From a virus (taxonomy: Duplodnaviria; Caudoviricetes), in the IMG/VR virus record IMGVR_UViG_2873258297_000006, positions 1-64,000 of that record: DNA of 64,000 nucleotides; one strand, 5' to 3'. Under the pieces are notes generated by a model. The model ran no database searches. It saw only the letters and a program-made list of their open reading frames with translations, and was not told the origin of the DNA. Made by a program: the position numbers and the translations under genes. Positions 27,286 to 36,100 of this stretch are shown here, piece by piece (positions within the stretch are counted from its first letter, which is position 1; each line of letters starts with the position of its first letter).

Positions 27286-27759
27286 TTAGGACCGCATCCG
27301 TCCCATGTACTCGGAACGGACCGCGACCAGACGCGCGTGCGTCTCCCGCATCTGCTCCAGCCGGTCAGACAGCGTGCGGATCACGGTGGCCAAACCGTCC
27401 GGGTCCAGGCCGTCGATGAACATGTCGTCGACGAGCTCGATGACGGCGAAGGGGATGCGTTCGGCGATCTTCGGGGACCATGGCTCGACCTTGACCACCG
27501 TGTCGAGAACCTTGAACTCCTCCGGCGTGCCGTGCTCATTCACCGGCAGCGTCAACGGATCCGACCAGAACCAACACCACACATCCTCAGGGAACACCGT
27601 GGCGCCGACCTCGCGGTCGTGGTTCATCGTGCAGCCCTCCATGCACGAGTACGTCACGGGCCGGCCGGTGTGGCGGTCGACGAACGACCACGTGCGAGGA
27701 GCCGGCGCAGACGGGGCAGGCACGGAGGCGACGGCAGACTCAGGGGTTGCTAAAGTCAT
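27286..27759 (-). CDS. DUF6907-like actinobacterial mobile-element protein
   Basis: C..GC..NH......EDVWC motif; GAAGGAAGG RBS. Confidence 0.65.
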   Translation of the reverse strand: MTLATPESAVASVPAPSAPAPRTWSFVDRHTGRPVTYSCMEGCTMNHDREVGATVFPEDVWCWFWSDPLTLPVNEHGTPEEFKVLDTVVKVEPWSPKIAERIPFAVIELVDDMFIDGLDPDGLATVIRTLSDRLEQMRETHARLVAVRSEYMGRMRS

Positions 27760-27858
27760 CGGAGACCTTCCTTCTGGAAGCGGGATAGGTTGTGACAGCG
27801 GAGTGGCATCCGCTGGATGAACTGGCCGGGCGGGTGCAACCGCTCGGCCGTTCGCGTG

Positions 27859-28485
27859 TTACGGGGTGGCGAGCAGCTTCGCGAGCGTCGCCAGATCCTC
27901 TTCGCTCATCGACTCGCGGAGTAGGCGTGCCGCCTCGCCTGGCTGGCCGACCGGAACTCGGACGGTGCGGTCGCCTGCTGCGCGGACGAACACCCCTTCA
28001 CCTTTGCGGCCTTCGATCAGACCTTCGTCCTTGAGGATGCGAAGGGCGCGCTGTGCGGTGGTGACGGTGACGCCGAAGAACTGGTGCAGTTCGGCGAAGG
28101 AGGGGAGTCGGTCGCCAGCTGTGAGTTCGCTGCGCTCGATGGCCCCGCGTAGCTCGTCGGCGACTTGGGCGTATCGGGCGGTGCGGTCGCGCTTGTCGAC
28201 CTTCTGGAGCGCGCCGGCGGTGAGGGCGAGCGGGGAGGGAACGCCTGCGACGTTGTGCTTCGGGGCCTCGGTCTGGATGGCCGCGAGTTCGGCCTTGAGG
28301 GCGTCATCCCGGCTCGGCAGCCAGTCGACGGTCTTGCGGGCCACGAGGGGCCACCAAGTGCGGGCCGCCGTGTAAGCGTGCATTGACCAGCGCGTCTCGG
28401 GGTCTCGGGTGATGCCGACATAGAGCAGGCCGTCGCTCTCGTCGAACATCCGGTAGAGCGCGGTGCGCTCCGGGGTTTCGGGCAT
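27859..28485 (-). CDS. GIY-YIG nuclease / GntR wHTH fusion
   Basis: TALYRMFD...LLYVGIT.DP..RW..H...ALKAE..AI..EAP.HN (GIY-YIG), then YAQVADELR.AI...L..GDRLPS..EL...FGV...TAQRAL..L..EGLI (GntR). Confidence 0.85.
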   Translation of the reverse strand: MPETPERTALYRMFDESDGLLYVGITRDPETRWSMHAYTAARTWWPLVARKTVDWLPSRDDALKAELAAIQTEAPKHNVAGVPSPLALTAGALQKVDKRDRTARYAQVADELRGAIERSELTAGDRLPSFAELHQFFGVTVTTAQRALRILKDEGLIEGRKGEGVFVRAAGDRTVRVPVGQPGEAARLLRESMSEEDLATLAKLLATP

Positions 28486-28560
28486 GGGATCCCTTCGAGG
28501 CAGACATATTTCTAGCCAGAATGTGCGCACTGTCACAGCTCGACTACGCAGAACCGTAGC

Positions 28561-28573
28561 GCTATAGAGCAAT
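28561..28573 (-). promoter_or_regulatory. Putative Kor operator in the divergent promoter region
   Basis: GCTATAGAGCAAT is the reverse complement of ATTGCTCTATAGC at 29495. Confidence 0.6.
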
Positions 28574-28677
28574 TCTATCCACCCCCTGTGCGCGAACGCC
28601 TACGGAAGGGTCATTGACCAGCAGATACGTGTAGCGGGTAGCGTTGCTGTATATGAATCCGTCCCGAAGGAGAACGC

Positions 28678-29433
28678 GTGCCACGCCAGTCCGGCGAACC
28701 GCCTAAGTACCAGGAGATCGCCGACAAGCTGCGCGGGCAGATCGGCGACGGAACCTACCCGCCCGGCAGCATGCTGCCCCCCGAGCGGAAGATCGCCGAG
28801 ATCGAAGGGGTGGCAGTCGGCACCGCCCGCCGCGCTCTGGCAGTCCTGCGCGACGAGGGCTACACCGAAGCCCGGGTCGGTGCCGGTGTGTACGTGCGCA
28901 CCTGGCGGCCGATCGTCCGCAACGCCCTGAAGCGGCTGCGCACTTCACAGTGGGGTGAAGGGCGGTCCATCTGGGACGTTGACATCGACGATCGCGACCT
29001 TGAGGCCGTAGACGTCCAGATCGAGCACATCCCGGCCCCGGCCGACGTGGCGCACCTGCTCGACGTCGAAGAAGGTCGGCTCGTCTATCGGCGCAATCGC
29101 AAGTACCTCGTGGACGGCGTTGCGGTGATGCGGTCGACGTCGTACATCCCGGAGGATCTCGCGCGTGGCACGCGGATCACGCAGGTCGACTCAGGGCCGG
29201 GCGGAACGTATGCGCGGCTCCGTGAGGCGGGTCATGGGCCGGTGAAGTTCCGCGAGGAGCTGCGCTGTCGCATGCCGTCCGCTGCTGAGGCGGAGGATCT
29301 GGCGCTCGCGGCGGCGACTCCGGTGGTGGAGATGTGTCGCTCCGCGCAGCGTGCCGACGGGCGCGTCGTTGAGGTCAATCGAATGATTCTGGACGCCTCG
29401 CGCTACCTGCTGGTCTACGACTTCCCCGCCTGA
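28678..29433 (+). CDS. KorSA/TraR-type GntR-UTRA repressor
   Basis: PKYQEIADKLRGQI.DG.YPPG..LP.ER (GntR) plus a UTRA domain; family of pSAM2 KorSA and plasmid TraR/Kor. Confidence 0.85.
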   Translation: MPRQSGEPPKYQEIADKLRGQIGDGTYPPGSMLPPERKIAEIEGVAVGTARRALAVLRDEGYTEARVGAGVYVRTWRPIVRNALKRLRTSQWGEGRSIWDVDIDDRDLEAVDVQIEHIPAPADVAHLLDVEEGRLVYRRNRKYLVDGVAVMRSTSYIPEDLARGTRITQVDSGPGGTYARLREAGHGPVKFREELRCRMPSAAEAEDLALAAATPVVEMCRSAQRADGRVVEVNRMILDASRYLLVYDFPA

Positions 29434-29444
29434 CCTGCGAGTTG

Positions 29445-29476
29445 AGCCCCTGCCCTTGACGGGTGGGGGCTTTTTG
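29445..29476 (+). terminator. Terminator of the kor gene
   Basis: AGCCCCTGCCC / GGGTGGGGGCT stem followed by TTTT. Confidence 0.7.
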
Positions 29477-29494
29477 CATGCCTTGATTTCGCTC

Positions 29495-29527
29495 ATTGCT
29501 CTATAGCTCTATTGATTGCTCTGTAGC
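29495..29527 (+). promoter_or_regulatory. Tandem operators upstream of the transfer operon
   Basis: ATTGCTCTATAGC at 29495 and ATTGCTCTGTAGC at 29515 (20 bp period). Confidence 0.65.
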
Positions 29528-29578
29528 GGTGTGCTTCCATGGAGTCGTCCACCCCAGTCGACCGCAGGGGAGCACCTA

Positions 29579-29821
29579 GTGACGCCTGTCTCCGTCGCCC
29601 CCACGGGCGGCTTCCTCACCACTGGAGAGGTCGCCATCCGCATAGGCGGCACTCCGCAGCACGTGCGTGAACTGATCAAGTCCGGCCGCATCGAGGCGAT
29701 CGACATCGCCAAGGGAGACGGCCGGCCCCGCTTCCGGGTCTCCGAGACGGCGCTCGCCGCCTTCCTCGACAGCGCGGCCGTCCGCACCACCCACGTCCAG
29801 TCCACCTCGGAGGTGGCGTGA
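29579..29821 (+). CDS. Excisionase-like HTH_17 DNA-binding protein
   Basis: FLTTGEVA.RIG.TPQHVRELIKSGRIEA......RPRFRVSETALAAFL. Confidence 0.8.
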   Translation: MTPVSVAPTGGFLTTGEVAIRIGGTPQHVRELIKSGRIEAIDIAKGDGRPRFRVSETALAAFLDSAAVRTTHVQSTSEVA

Positions 29822-29822
29822 G

Positions 29823-30506
29823 ATGAGTACCGCAACCCCGACTCCCCGCCCCGCTGCCCTGCTGATGTCGTTCTCCACCTCGGCCGGTGCCGTGGTTGAG
29901 GTGTCCGCGGTGGACCGCAGCAGCGCCCCGTACCGCTGGACCTGTTCGGCGGGGCATGACGGTGGCCGCGCTTACGCGTCGCTTCCGTTCTGCCGTGATG
30001 ACGCGAAGGCTCACGCCGGCGAGTGCCTGGGTGTCGCGCCGGACCCGGCGGTGGTTGAGAAGGTTCGTGTCGCGCTCGGCTACCGGGCCGGCTGGAAGCC
30101 CAACCGGCACCTCGGCGAGATCGCCACGCGCCTGACGGTGTGGTCGCAGGTCGAGCTGAACGAGATCTTCGAGCGGGTCGGTGGCACGGTCACCACCCGC
30201 GAGGTCGAGCGCAGCACCTCGGACGGCAGCTCCACCTGGATGGCCACCGAGATCACCCTGACCGTTGTCGTTCCGGGCGTCGGGCCCGTCGAGGTCGTCA
30301 CCGACATCGAGGACGATCCGGAGCACGGCTACCGCACCGACGTTCCCGTCGTGGCCGTGGCCCGCTATCGCGCCGCTGCCGCCCACTGCCGGGCGCTCGC
30401 CGCGGATGGCGACTTCGATGGCTGCCTGCCCGTGCAGGACGAGATGGCGATGTGCCGCTGCCAGCTGGAGCGCGCTGGCCGCCTCGACCTGATTGGGGCG
30501 GCGTGA
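29823..30506 (+). CDS. Hypothetical protein
   Basis: GGAGGTGG RBS, 227 aa. Confidence 0.65.
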   Translation: MSTATPTPRPAALLMSFSTSAGAVVEVSAVDRSSAPYRWTCSAGHDGGRAYASLPFCRDDAKAHAGECLGVAPDPAVVEKVRVALGYRAGWKPNRHLGEIATRLTVWSQVELNEIFERVGGTVTTREVERSTSDGSSTWMATEITLTVVVPGVGPVEVVTDIEDDPEHGYRTDVPVVAVARYRAAAAHCRALAADGDFDGCLPVQDEMAMCRCQLERAGRLDLIGAA

Positions 30507-30802
30507 TGGCCCGCAGGTTCAAGGACATGCAGACGCCGGAGCAGCAGTACGCGGCCGGGCAGGTGCCGACGCGGGCGCATGCGTTGCGGCAGGAGGCGCA
30601 GGCTGCGCTGGATGAGGCGGGCCGTCTGACTGCCCCTCGTCGCAGGGAGGGCCAGCGCGGGAGGGTCCTGCCCGAGTTCGGCCCGCACAGTGACCGTGAC
30701 GGGGCTCGGGTCGATCAGCTTCGAGCGAAGGCGCGGGATCTGCGGGCTGCCGCGGACGCGGCCGAGGCGCCTGCGCCGAAGCCGAAGCGGCGGTGGTTTT
30801 GA
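30506..30802 (+). CDS. Small hypothetical protein
   Basis: TGATG coupling; MARRFKDMQTPEQQ...KPKRRWF. Confidence 0.65.
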   Translation: MARRFKDMQTPEQQYAAGQVPTRAHALRQEAQAALDEAGRLTAPRRREGQRGRVLPEFGPHSDRDGARVDQLRAKARDLRAAADAAEAPAPKPKRRWF

Positions 30803-30960
30803 TGGCCGAGATCCTCGACCGTTTCCCGGCGAGCAATCCGCGTGGCAGCTGGCCGGCGGAGGAGTCTGCGGCCCGGCTGTCTGAGCAGGGAACTCCGTCG
30901 ACCGTCGTCATGGACCTCGACTCCGACCAGTTCCTCGTCGTCCGCGAGGGCGACTCCTAG
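30802..30960 (+). CDS. Small hypothetical protein
   Basis: TGATG coupling; MAEILDRFPASNPRGSWPAEE; not in the ORF track. Confidence 0.55.
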   Translation: MAEILDRFPASNPRGSWPAEESAARLSEQGTPSTVVMDLDSDQFLVVREGDS

Positions 30961-31067
30961 GCCGCTGCGGGCGGCGGGGATGACGTCCCCCACGGCCTCC
31001 GCCGCCCGCGGCTCCCAGTTCCCCGCACCACCCCACTGTTCCTGTGTCCCGGAAGGGCCGATGAATC

Positions 31068-31310
31068 ATGTCTCCGCTTGTTCTGTCCGATGCCGACCTG
31101 GCCGCCTCCGAGCTGGGCCGTAAGCGGCGCGCCGGTGTGACTGTCGCCGACGTCAAGGCTGATGCGGTCGCTGACTTGTTCGCTGACTTCGCGACCGCTC
31201 GCGCTGATGGGCGTTCGGATCTTATGCAGCTGATCCGTGATCACGCCTACGCCATCGACCCCGCCCTGGTGGACGAGCTCGACGGCTTCGACTACCCGGC
31301 CGCCGCCTGA
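31068..31310 (+). CDS. Small hypothetical protein
   Basis: GGAAGGG RBS, 80 aa. Confidence 0.6.
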   Translation: MSPLVLSDADLAASELGRKRRAGVTVADVKADAVADLFADFATARADGRSDLMQLIRDHAYAIDPALVDELDGFDYPAAA

Positions 31311-31449
31311 CCGCCTGGTCCGCCGTGGCGCGGTACATCCCCCGGCCGCGCCACGGCCACAGCCCCGGCATCCAGCCGTGAGGGCGCCGGATCGAATCCG
31401 GCCCGGGGCGCGCATTACCCGCCGATCACCCAACCGAGAGGACCAGATC

Positions 31450-31668
31450 ATGAGCGAGGCCACCACGACCGCGCCCGTCACCTACCACTGGATTGCCACC
31501 GTGCAGACCGAGCGTGGGCGGATCGAGACCAACGACGGTCCGGTCGACGCGATCCCGGGTGTCCACACGCACACCTCTACGTACCGGGCCGTCCTCGCCA
31601 ACCTCACGGAGAAGTACGGGCCGGACTTCGGCCTCCTGTTTTTCGCCCTTGAGGCCGACCAGCTCTGA
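31450..31668 (+). CDS. Small hypothetical protein
   Basis: GAGGA RBS; YHWIATVQT. Confidence 0.65.
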   Translation: MSEATTTAPVTYHWIATVQTERGRIETNDGPVDAIPGVHTHTSTYRAVLANLTEKYGPDFGLLFFALEADQL

Positions 31669-31779
31669 ACCTTTACAGCCGACCTGCAGCGCCGCCGCTG
31701 ACCGGCTGCCCGATCCGCCCGTCTCGCACGGGCCCGGACGGGGAACCAGCGACTTCCAACCCAACCCGAGGAGAACCGC

Positions 31780-31944
31780 ATGTTCGGCAAGAACGAGACC
31801 GGCAAGCCCTGCCAGGCGTGCGGCAACGAGACCACGAAGGACGACCCGGCGGTGCGCCTGAAGGACAGCGGTACGCGCGTCCACAAGAGCCACACCACGA
31901 ACCCGAAGTCCTGCCTGTTTGGCGAGCAGACCAAGCGCAGCTGA
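31780..31944 (+). CDS. Small zinc-binding protein
   Basis: GAGGAGA RBS; CQACG...VHKSHTT.PKS; not in the ORF track. Confidence 0.55.
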   Translation: MFGKNETGKPCQACGNETTKDDPAVRLKDSGTRVHKSHTTNPKSCLFGEQTKRS

Positions 31945-32032
31945 CCGGCTGTCCGCGGTGCCTCGGCCAGCCGAGGCGCCAAGGAGAACTGGCGCAGCAC
32001 CACCCCATCCCATCGTTCGAAGAGAGGCTGTC

Positions 32033-32242
32033 ATGCGTCGTCACCCCATCCTCTGGTCGCTGCTCGCGGCCTATCTGCTGGTCGTGGGTCTGTGGCCTGC
32101 GGCTGCGATCCCGGTCGAGCTGGCTGCGACGGGCGCGTTCACCGTGCTGGCGAAGCCGGCCGTGCTGCTGCTCGTCGCGGTCGTCGCCCTGATCGTGTCG
32201 GCCCTCCGTCGTCCGGCCCACGTGCACGCCGGGAGGCACTGA
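32033..32242 (+). CDS. Small two-TM membrane protein (Spd-like)
   Basis: GAGAGG RBS; hydrophobic throughout. Confidence 0.65.
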   Translation: MRRHPILWSLLAAYLLVVGLWPAAAIPVELAATGAFTVLAKPAVLLLVAVVALIVSALRRPAHVHAGRH

Positions 32243-32433
32243 TGCCGGTCACGTTCCGCAAGAGCTTCCGGATCCTGCCCGGCGTCCGGTTGAACATCAA
32301 CCGGCGCTCCTGGTCGATCACGTTGGGCGGAGGCAAGGGCCCCCGCTATACGCGGAGTTCGACGGGCCAGGACACCGTCTCGCAGAACTTGCCGGGCGGG
32401 TTCGGCTACCGCTCCACCCACCGCCGTCGCTGA
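32242..32433 (+). CDS. DUF4236-like protein
   Basis: FRKSFRILPGVRLNINRRSWSITLG...T.S.NLPGGFGYR. Confidence 0.75.
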   Translation: MPVTFRKSFRILPGVRLNINRRSWSITLGGGKGPRYTRSSTGQDTVSQNLPGGFGYRSTHRRR

Positions 32434-32483
32434 CCGCCACCCACCCCACTACGCCCACGGAATCCTGAAGGGACTGATCCACC

Positions 32484-33782
32484 GTGACCACCTCCGTCGA
32501 GAAGAAGGTCAACGGCACGTCCGTGGCCTCGCCCGAGCCGCGGTTCGACCCGTGCGCGCTGGCCGAGGCGGAGGCGATCCGTACCCGAGCCGACGCCGAA
32601 GCCGAAGCGCTGCGCGTCAAGGCCGAGGGTGAGGCTGACGCCGCGCGAACCCTGGCCGCCGAGCAGGCGGAGAAGGACCGCATCGCCAACGAGCGGGCCC
32701 GCATGCGCTTGCAGAAGGAGCAGGCCGACCACCAGGCGTACATCGCGAAGAAGGCCGCCGATGCCGCGAAGTCGAAGGCCGAGGAGGACAAGGCGCAGCA
32801 GGCTGCCTCCGAGAAGGAGGCCGCGGAGGCGAAGCGGGATGCGGAGCAGCAGCGCTCCGAGCGCTGGTGGAAGTGGGGTGCCCGCGGCATCTACGCGGTC
32901 GGCCTGATCATCGCCGCCCCGGTGCAGTTCATGCACTTCTGGGACCCGAAGCGGCCGTTCCTCGTCGCCGCCCCCGCCCTCCTCGAAGGCCTCGCCCTCG
33001 TTCTTGCGTTCGGCGCCGCGTGGGCGGTTGCTCACCGGCGGGATGTCGCCCCCTACCGGGTCGGCATCATGCTCGGCGCGGCGATCGCCGCCGGGATCAA
33101 CATGTACGGCGGCCTGTCCGACGAGCGGATCGGCTTCAACGCCGGCCTGATCGGCGCCATCGCCTCCCTCGGTGGGCCGATCGTCCTGATGGCCTACGAG
33201 CATGGCATCGCCCAGAAAGCCGACGGGATCCCGTCCTTCCGTGAGCGCCGCGCGGCGGAGAAGAAGGCCGCCGCGGAGAAGAAGGCGCGCGAGAGCGCAC
33301 GGGCCGAGAAGCAGGCCGCGGAGAAACAGGCCGCGGAGGAGAAGGCGGCCCGCGAGAAGGCCGCGGCGGAGGAGCAGGCGCGCAAGGATGCCGACCGCCA
33401 GGCGAAGCACCCCGACGTGTGGGAGGTCGCCGACGCGCTCCGTTCCGCCCGCGGTTCGCAGTACGTCACCGAGCAGATCTGGGCCGAGGCCTGGTTCCTC
33501 GTTACCGGCTGCAAGACGGTCGGTATCCGCCCCGAAATCGAAGCGCAGTCGCGCGCCGCGCAGGCCCACATGCGGACCGTCACCGACGCGCCCGTTTTGG
33601 GACCTCAGTCGCTGATCAGTTCCCAAATGGGTTCCCGCACGAAGCGCGACCCGAACGCCCCCGACGGACGCCGTAACAACGGCGGCACGCCGCCCGTTCG
33701 CCGGCCCGGCGACACCCAGCCCTACAGCCCGCTCGCGAAGAAGCAGGCGCGCATCGAGCAGACCACCGAGAAGAAGGACTGA
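32484..33782 (+). CDS. SpdB2/DUF2637-like spread protein
   Basis: Coiled-coil N-terminus, four TM helices (GIYAVGLIIAAPVQ...), AEK-rich coiled coil; directly upstream of the TraB-like gene. Confidence 0.65.
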   Translation: MTTSVEKKVNGTSVASPEPRFDPCALAEAEAIRTRADAEAEALRVKAEGEADAARTLAAEQAEKDRIANERARMRLQKEQADHQAYIAKKAADAAKSKAEEDKAQQAASEKEAAEAKRDAEQQRSERWWKWGARGIYAVGLIIAAPVQFMHFWDPKRPFLVAAPALLEGLALVLAFGAAWAVAHRRDVAPYRVGIMLGAAIAAGINMYGGLSDERIGFNAGLIGAIASLGGPIVLMAYEHGIAQKADGIPSFRERRAAEKKAAAEKKARESARAEKQAAEKQAAEEKAAREKAAAEEQARKDADRQAKHPDVWEVADALRSARGSQYVTEQIWAEAWFLVTGCKTVGIRPEIEAQSRAAQAHMRTVTDAPVLGPQSLISSQMGSRTKRDPNAPDGRRNNGGTPPVRRPGDTQPYSPLAKKQARIEQTTEKKD

Positions 33783-33791
33783 GACCCCGCC

Positions 33792-35912
33792 ATGGCTACC
33801 CCGCTGAGCGACGAGCGCACGCCGCTGGCCCTCGTCACCGACACCCCGGAGAAGGTCGACCCCGCCGCGTCGTGGGTTGTGGAGAAGCGCCCGCGCCCTG
33901 CGTGGATGATGTCCGGCATACAGCTGCGGCAGTGGGCTATGTACGCGAAGGACAATACCGTCGACGCGGTTGTCTTCCACGCCACCCACTCGCCGTACTA
34001 CCTCGGCTGGTCGCTGCGCGGCTACCGGCGCCTGTGCCTGCGCTGGTGGGAGGCCCGGCACGACGACTACCGGCAGCAGATCGCCACCGCCAAGCTGATG
34101 CTGCGCCAGGCGAAGGAGCAGCCTCGCGGTGCCGCGCGCGCCGCGGACGAGTCGAAGGCCCGCGCCCTCCTGGAGGTCCGCCGAGCCGAGTTCAAGGCGC
34201 ACAAGAAGCGGCACTGGATCCGCACCGGCATCAGCGGCCTGATCATCGTCGGCGGGTCCATGGCCGCCTTCACGCAGGGCAGCTGGTGGATGCAGGTGCT
34301 GCTCGCCCTCGCGGTCATCTTCACCGGCGTCTACTTCGGCCGACCCGACGCGCCGACCGTCGCCCCGATCCAGGCGCCGACCCGTACCTCGCACCTCGGG
34401 GAGGAGACCATGCGGCGCGTCCTCGTCGAGGCCGGCGTCGTACCTGAGAAGCGGGCGACGGAGATCCGTGGCGTGGGCCTGCCCCACACCGATGGGCCCG
34501 GCATCGCTTACGCGGTCGACCTACCCTCCGGCATCCCCGCCTCTGCGGCGCTCGGTAAGGAGACGCAGAAGAAGATCGCGTCCGCTCTCGCCGTGCACCT
34601 GGACTGGATCGACCTCGACGTCGACCGCAGTCCCGGCAGCAGCGAGTCCCGCCTCACGGTGTGGGTATCCAACGGCGACCCGTTCGCCGTCGTCCGCCGC
34701 TCCCCGCTCCTCGACCACAAGGGGCAGCTCAACACCTTCCGCGACGGCATCCCAGCCTCGTTCGGAAAGCGCGGCAACCCGATCATCCTGCGGATCCGCG
34801 ACACCAGCATCCTCGTTGCGGGCGCCACCCGCCGCGGCAAGGGCATGTTCCTGGCGAACATCCTGATCGGCGTCATGAAGGACCCGTGGGTCAACGTCCG
34901 GATCTTCGACGGCAAGGGGACGGCAGAGCACAACCCCTACGCGCCGACCCTGGCCACGTTCGTGAAGCGCAACCCCGAGCGGCTCGCCATCATCACCCGC
35001 GCGATCGTCGCCGAACTCGACCGCCGCTCCGACCTCCTTGACGAGCACGGCTACGAGAAGATCGACGACGACAACTACGACGAGGTCATGGAACTCCTCG
35101 GCGGCCGGGAAGTCTTCATCTGCGACGAACTCGCCACCTACACACCCAAGGGCACTAGCCCCTACGACGAGGAGATCACAGAGAACCTGTCGCAGATCGC
35201 CGCCGTCGGCGCTGCGCTCGGAGTCCTTCTCATCAGCGTCACCCAGGTTCCCGAGGTCAGCGTCATCCGCGGCCGACTCCGCCAGAACCACATCGGCCGC
35301 GCCGCGATGAACACCGAGTCCGGCACCGCGTCCAACACCATCCTCGGCGACGGCATGACCGGGCAGGGATATGACGCATCCAAGATCCCGATCGACCAGC
35401 CGGGGCGATTCTGGCTGGCCACCCCCGAGACCGGCGTCATCGAAGGCCGCTCCTACCTGGTCACGCCCGATGACAAGAAGCGGGTCGCGGCTGAGGGTTA
35501 CGAGATCCGCAAGGCCGCCAGCCGCCTGCCAGGCCAGTGGCGCGACCCGATCGAGGAGCACCTGCAGCAGGTGACCGGCGTGTCCTCCGCGGCCGGCGGC
35601 GAGGGAGGCAAGGGGCGCATCGTCCACTTCGACTTCCTTACCTGGCTGGAGGATCTGGCCCTGTCCACGGGGCGCGGCAACGTCACGAACCTGGAAGTGT
35701 TCACCAGCCTCGTCGACATGTCGCCGGAGTATGCGCGCCGTGACGGCGAAACGGACGAGGGCTGGACTGCCCGGGTCGGGAAGCTCGTCAGGGACTTGAT
35801 CGCTGCGACGGGCGCCGAACTGCGGGTCAAGCGCGTGCCGGTGGACGACGGGAAGCGCTCGCAGGGCTACCTCCTCGACGACGTCACGAAGGCCCGCAAA
35901 AGCCGCAAGTAA
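33792..35912 (+). CDS. traB: FtsK/SpoIIIE-family DNA translocase, Streptomyces TraB-like
   Basis: N-terminal TM pair; Walker A AGATRRGKG, FDGKG, Walker B FICDELA, LISVTQVP; C-terminal wHTH-like segment ending KRSQGY. Confidence 0.8.
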   Translation: MATPLSDERTPLALVTDTPEKVDPAASWVVEKRPRPAWMMSGIQLRQWAMYAKDNTVDAVVFHATHSPYYLGWSLRGYRRLCLRWWEARHDDYRQQIATAKLMLRQAKEQPRGAARAADESKARALLEVRRAEFKAHKKRHWIRTGISGLIIVGGSMAAFTQGSWWMQVLLALAVIFTGVYFGRPDAPTVAPIQAPTRTSHLGEETMRRVLVEAGVVPEKRATEIRGVGLPHTDGPGIAYAVDLPSGIPASAALGKETQKKIASALAVHLDWIDLDVDRSPGSSESRLTVWVSNGDPFAVVRRSPLLDHKGQLNTFRDGIPASFGKRGNPIILRIRDTSILVAGATRRGKGMFLANILIGVMKDPWVNVRIFDGKGTAEHNPYAPTLATFVKRNPERLAIITRAIVAELDRRSDLLDEHGYEKIDDDNYDEVMELLGGREVFICDELATYTPKGTSPYDEEITENLSQIAAVGAALGVLLISVTQVPEVSVIRGRLRQNHIGRAAMNTESGTASNTILGDGMTGQGYDASKIPIDQPGRFWLATPETGVIEGRSYLVTPDDKKRVAAEGYEIRKAASRLPGQWRDPIEEHLQQVTGVSSAAGGEGGKGRIVHFDFLTWLEDLALSTGRGNVTNLEVFTSLVDMSPEYARRDGETDEGWTARVGKLVRDLIAATGAELRVKRVPVDDGKRSQGYLLDDVTKARKSRK

Positions 35913-36064
35913 CCCCTGGCAGACCCCTGGCGGCGAGTGGATATCCCCAGGTCGCTGCCCTGACACACCCCTGACAGCCGCGGTCTCGAACAGTTCGGCG
36001 AGCCACACGCAGTCAGGGGTCTGTCAGGGGTCCCACCTGCAGGTATCCAGACTCCGCCAGGGGT
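35912..36064. repeat. clt-like array of 8-9 bp repeats (putative TraB recognition sites)
   Basis: ACCCCTG(G/A)C at 35912, 35923, 35967 (partial at 35957); inverted G(T/C)CAGGGGT at 36012, 36023, 36056; starts at the traB stop codon. Confidence 0.7.
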
Positions 36065-36100
36065 CCGCCACCCCCAAAAGACTCAGGAAGGACTGGCCCG

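Noticed and set aside
29579-29821. HTH_17 gene as proof of an adjacent integration module
   Set aside because: No integrase or att-like site nearby; such proteins also act as plain regulators.
33250-33400. GAGAAG(A/C)AGGCCGC-type repeats as a CRISPR or VNTR
   Set aside because: They are in-frame AEK-rich coiled-coil codons with no unique spacers.
32406-36008. Long minus-strand ORFs (693 aa and 495 aa) opposite the spd/traB genes
   Set aside because: Shadow frames of GC-rich coding DNA; no motifs or RBS, whereas the + strand has clear motifs.
35912-36064. Repeat array as a mini-CRISPR or transposon end
   Set aside because: Repeats are only 8-9 bp, occur in both orientations, and have no cas or transposase nearby.
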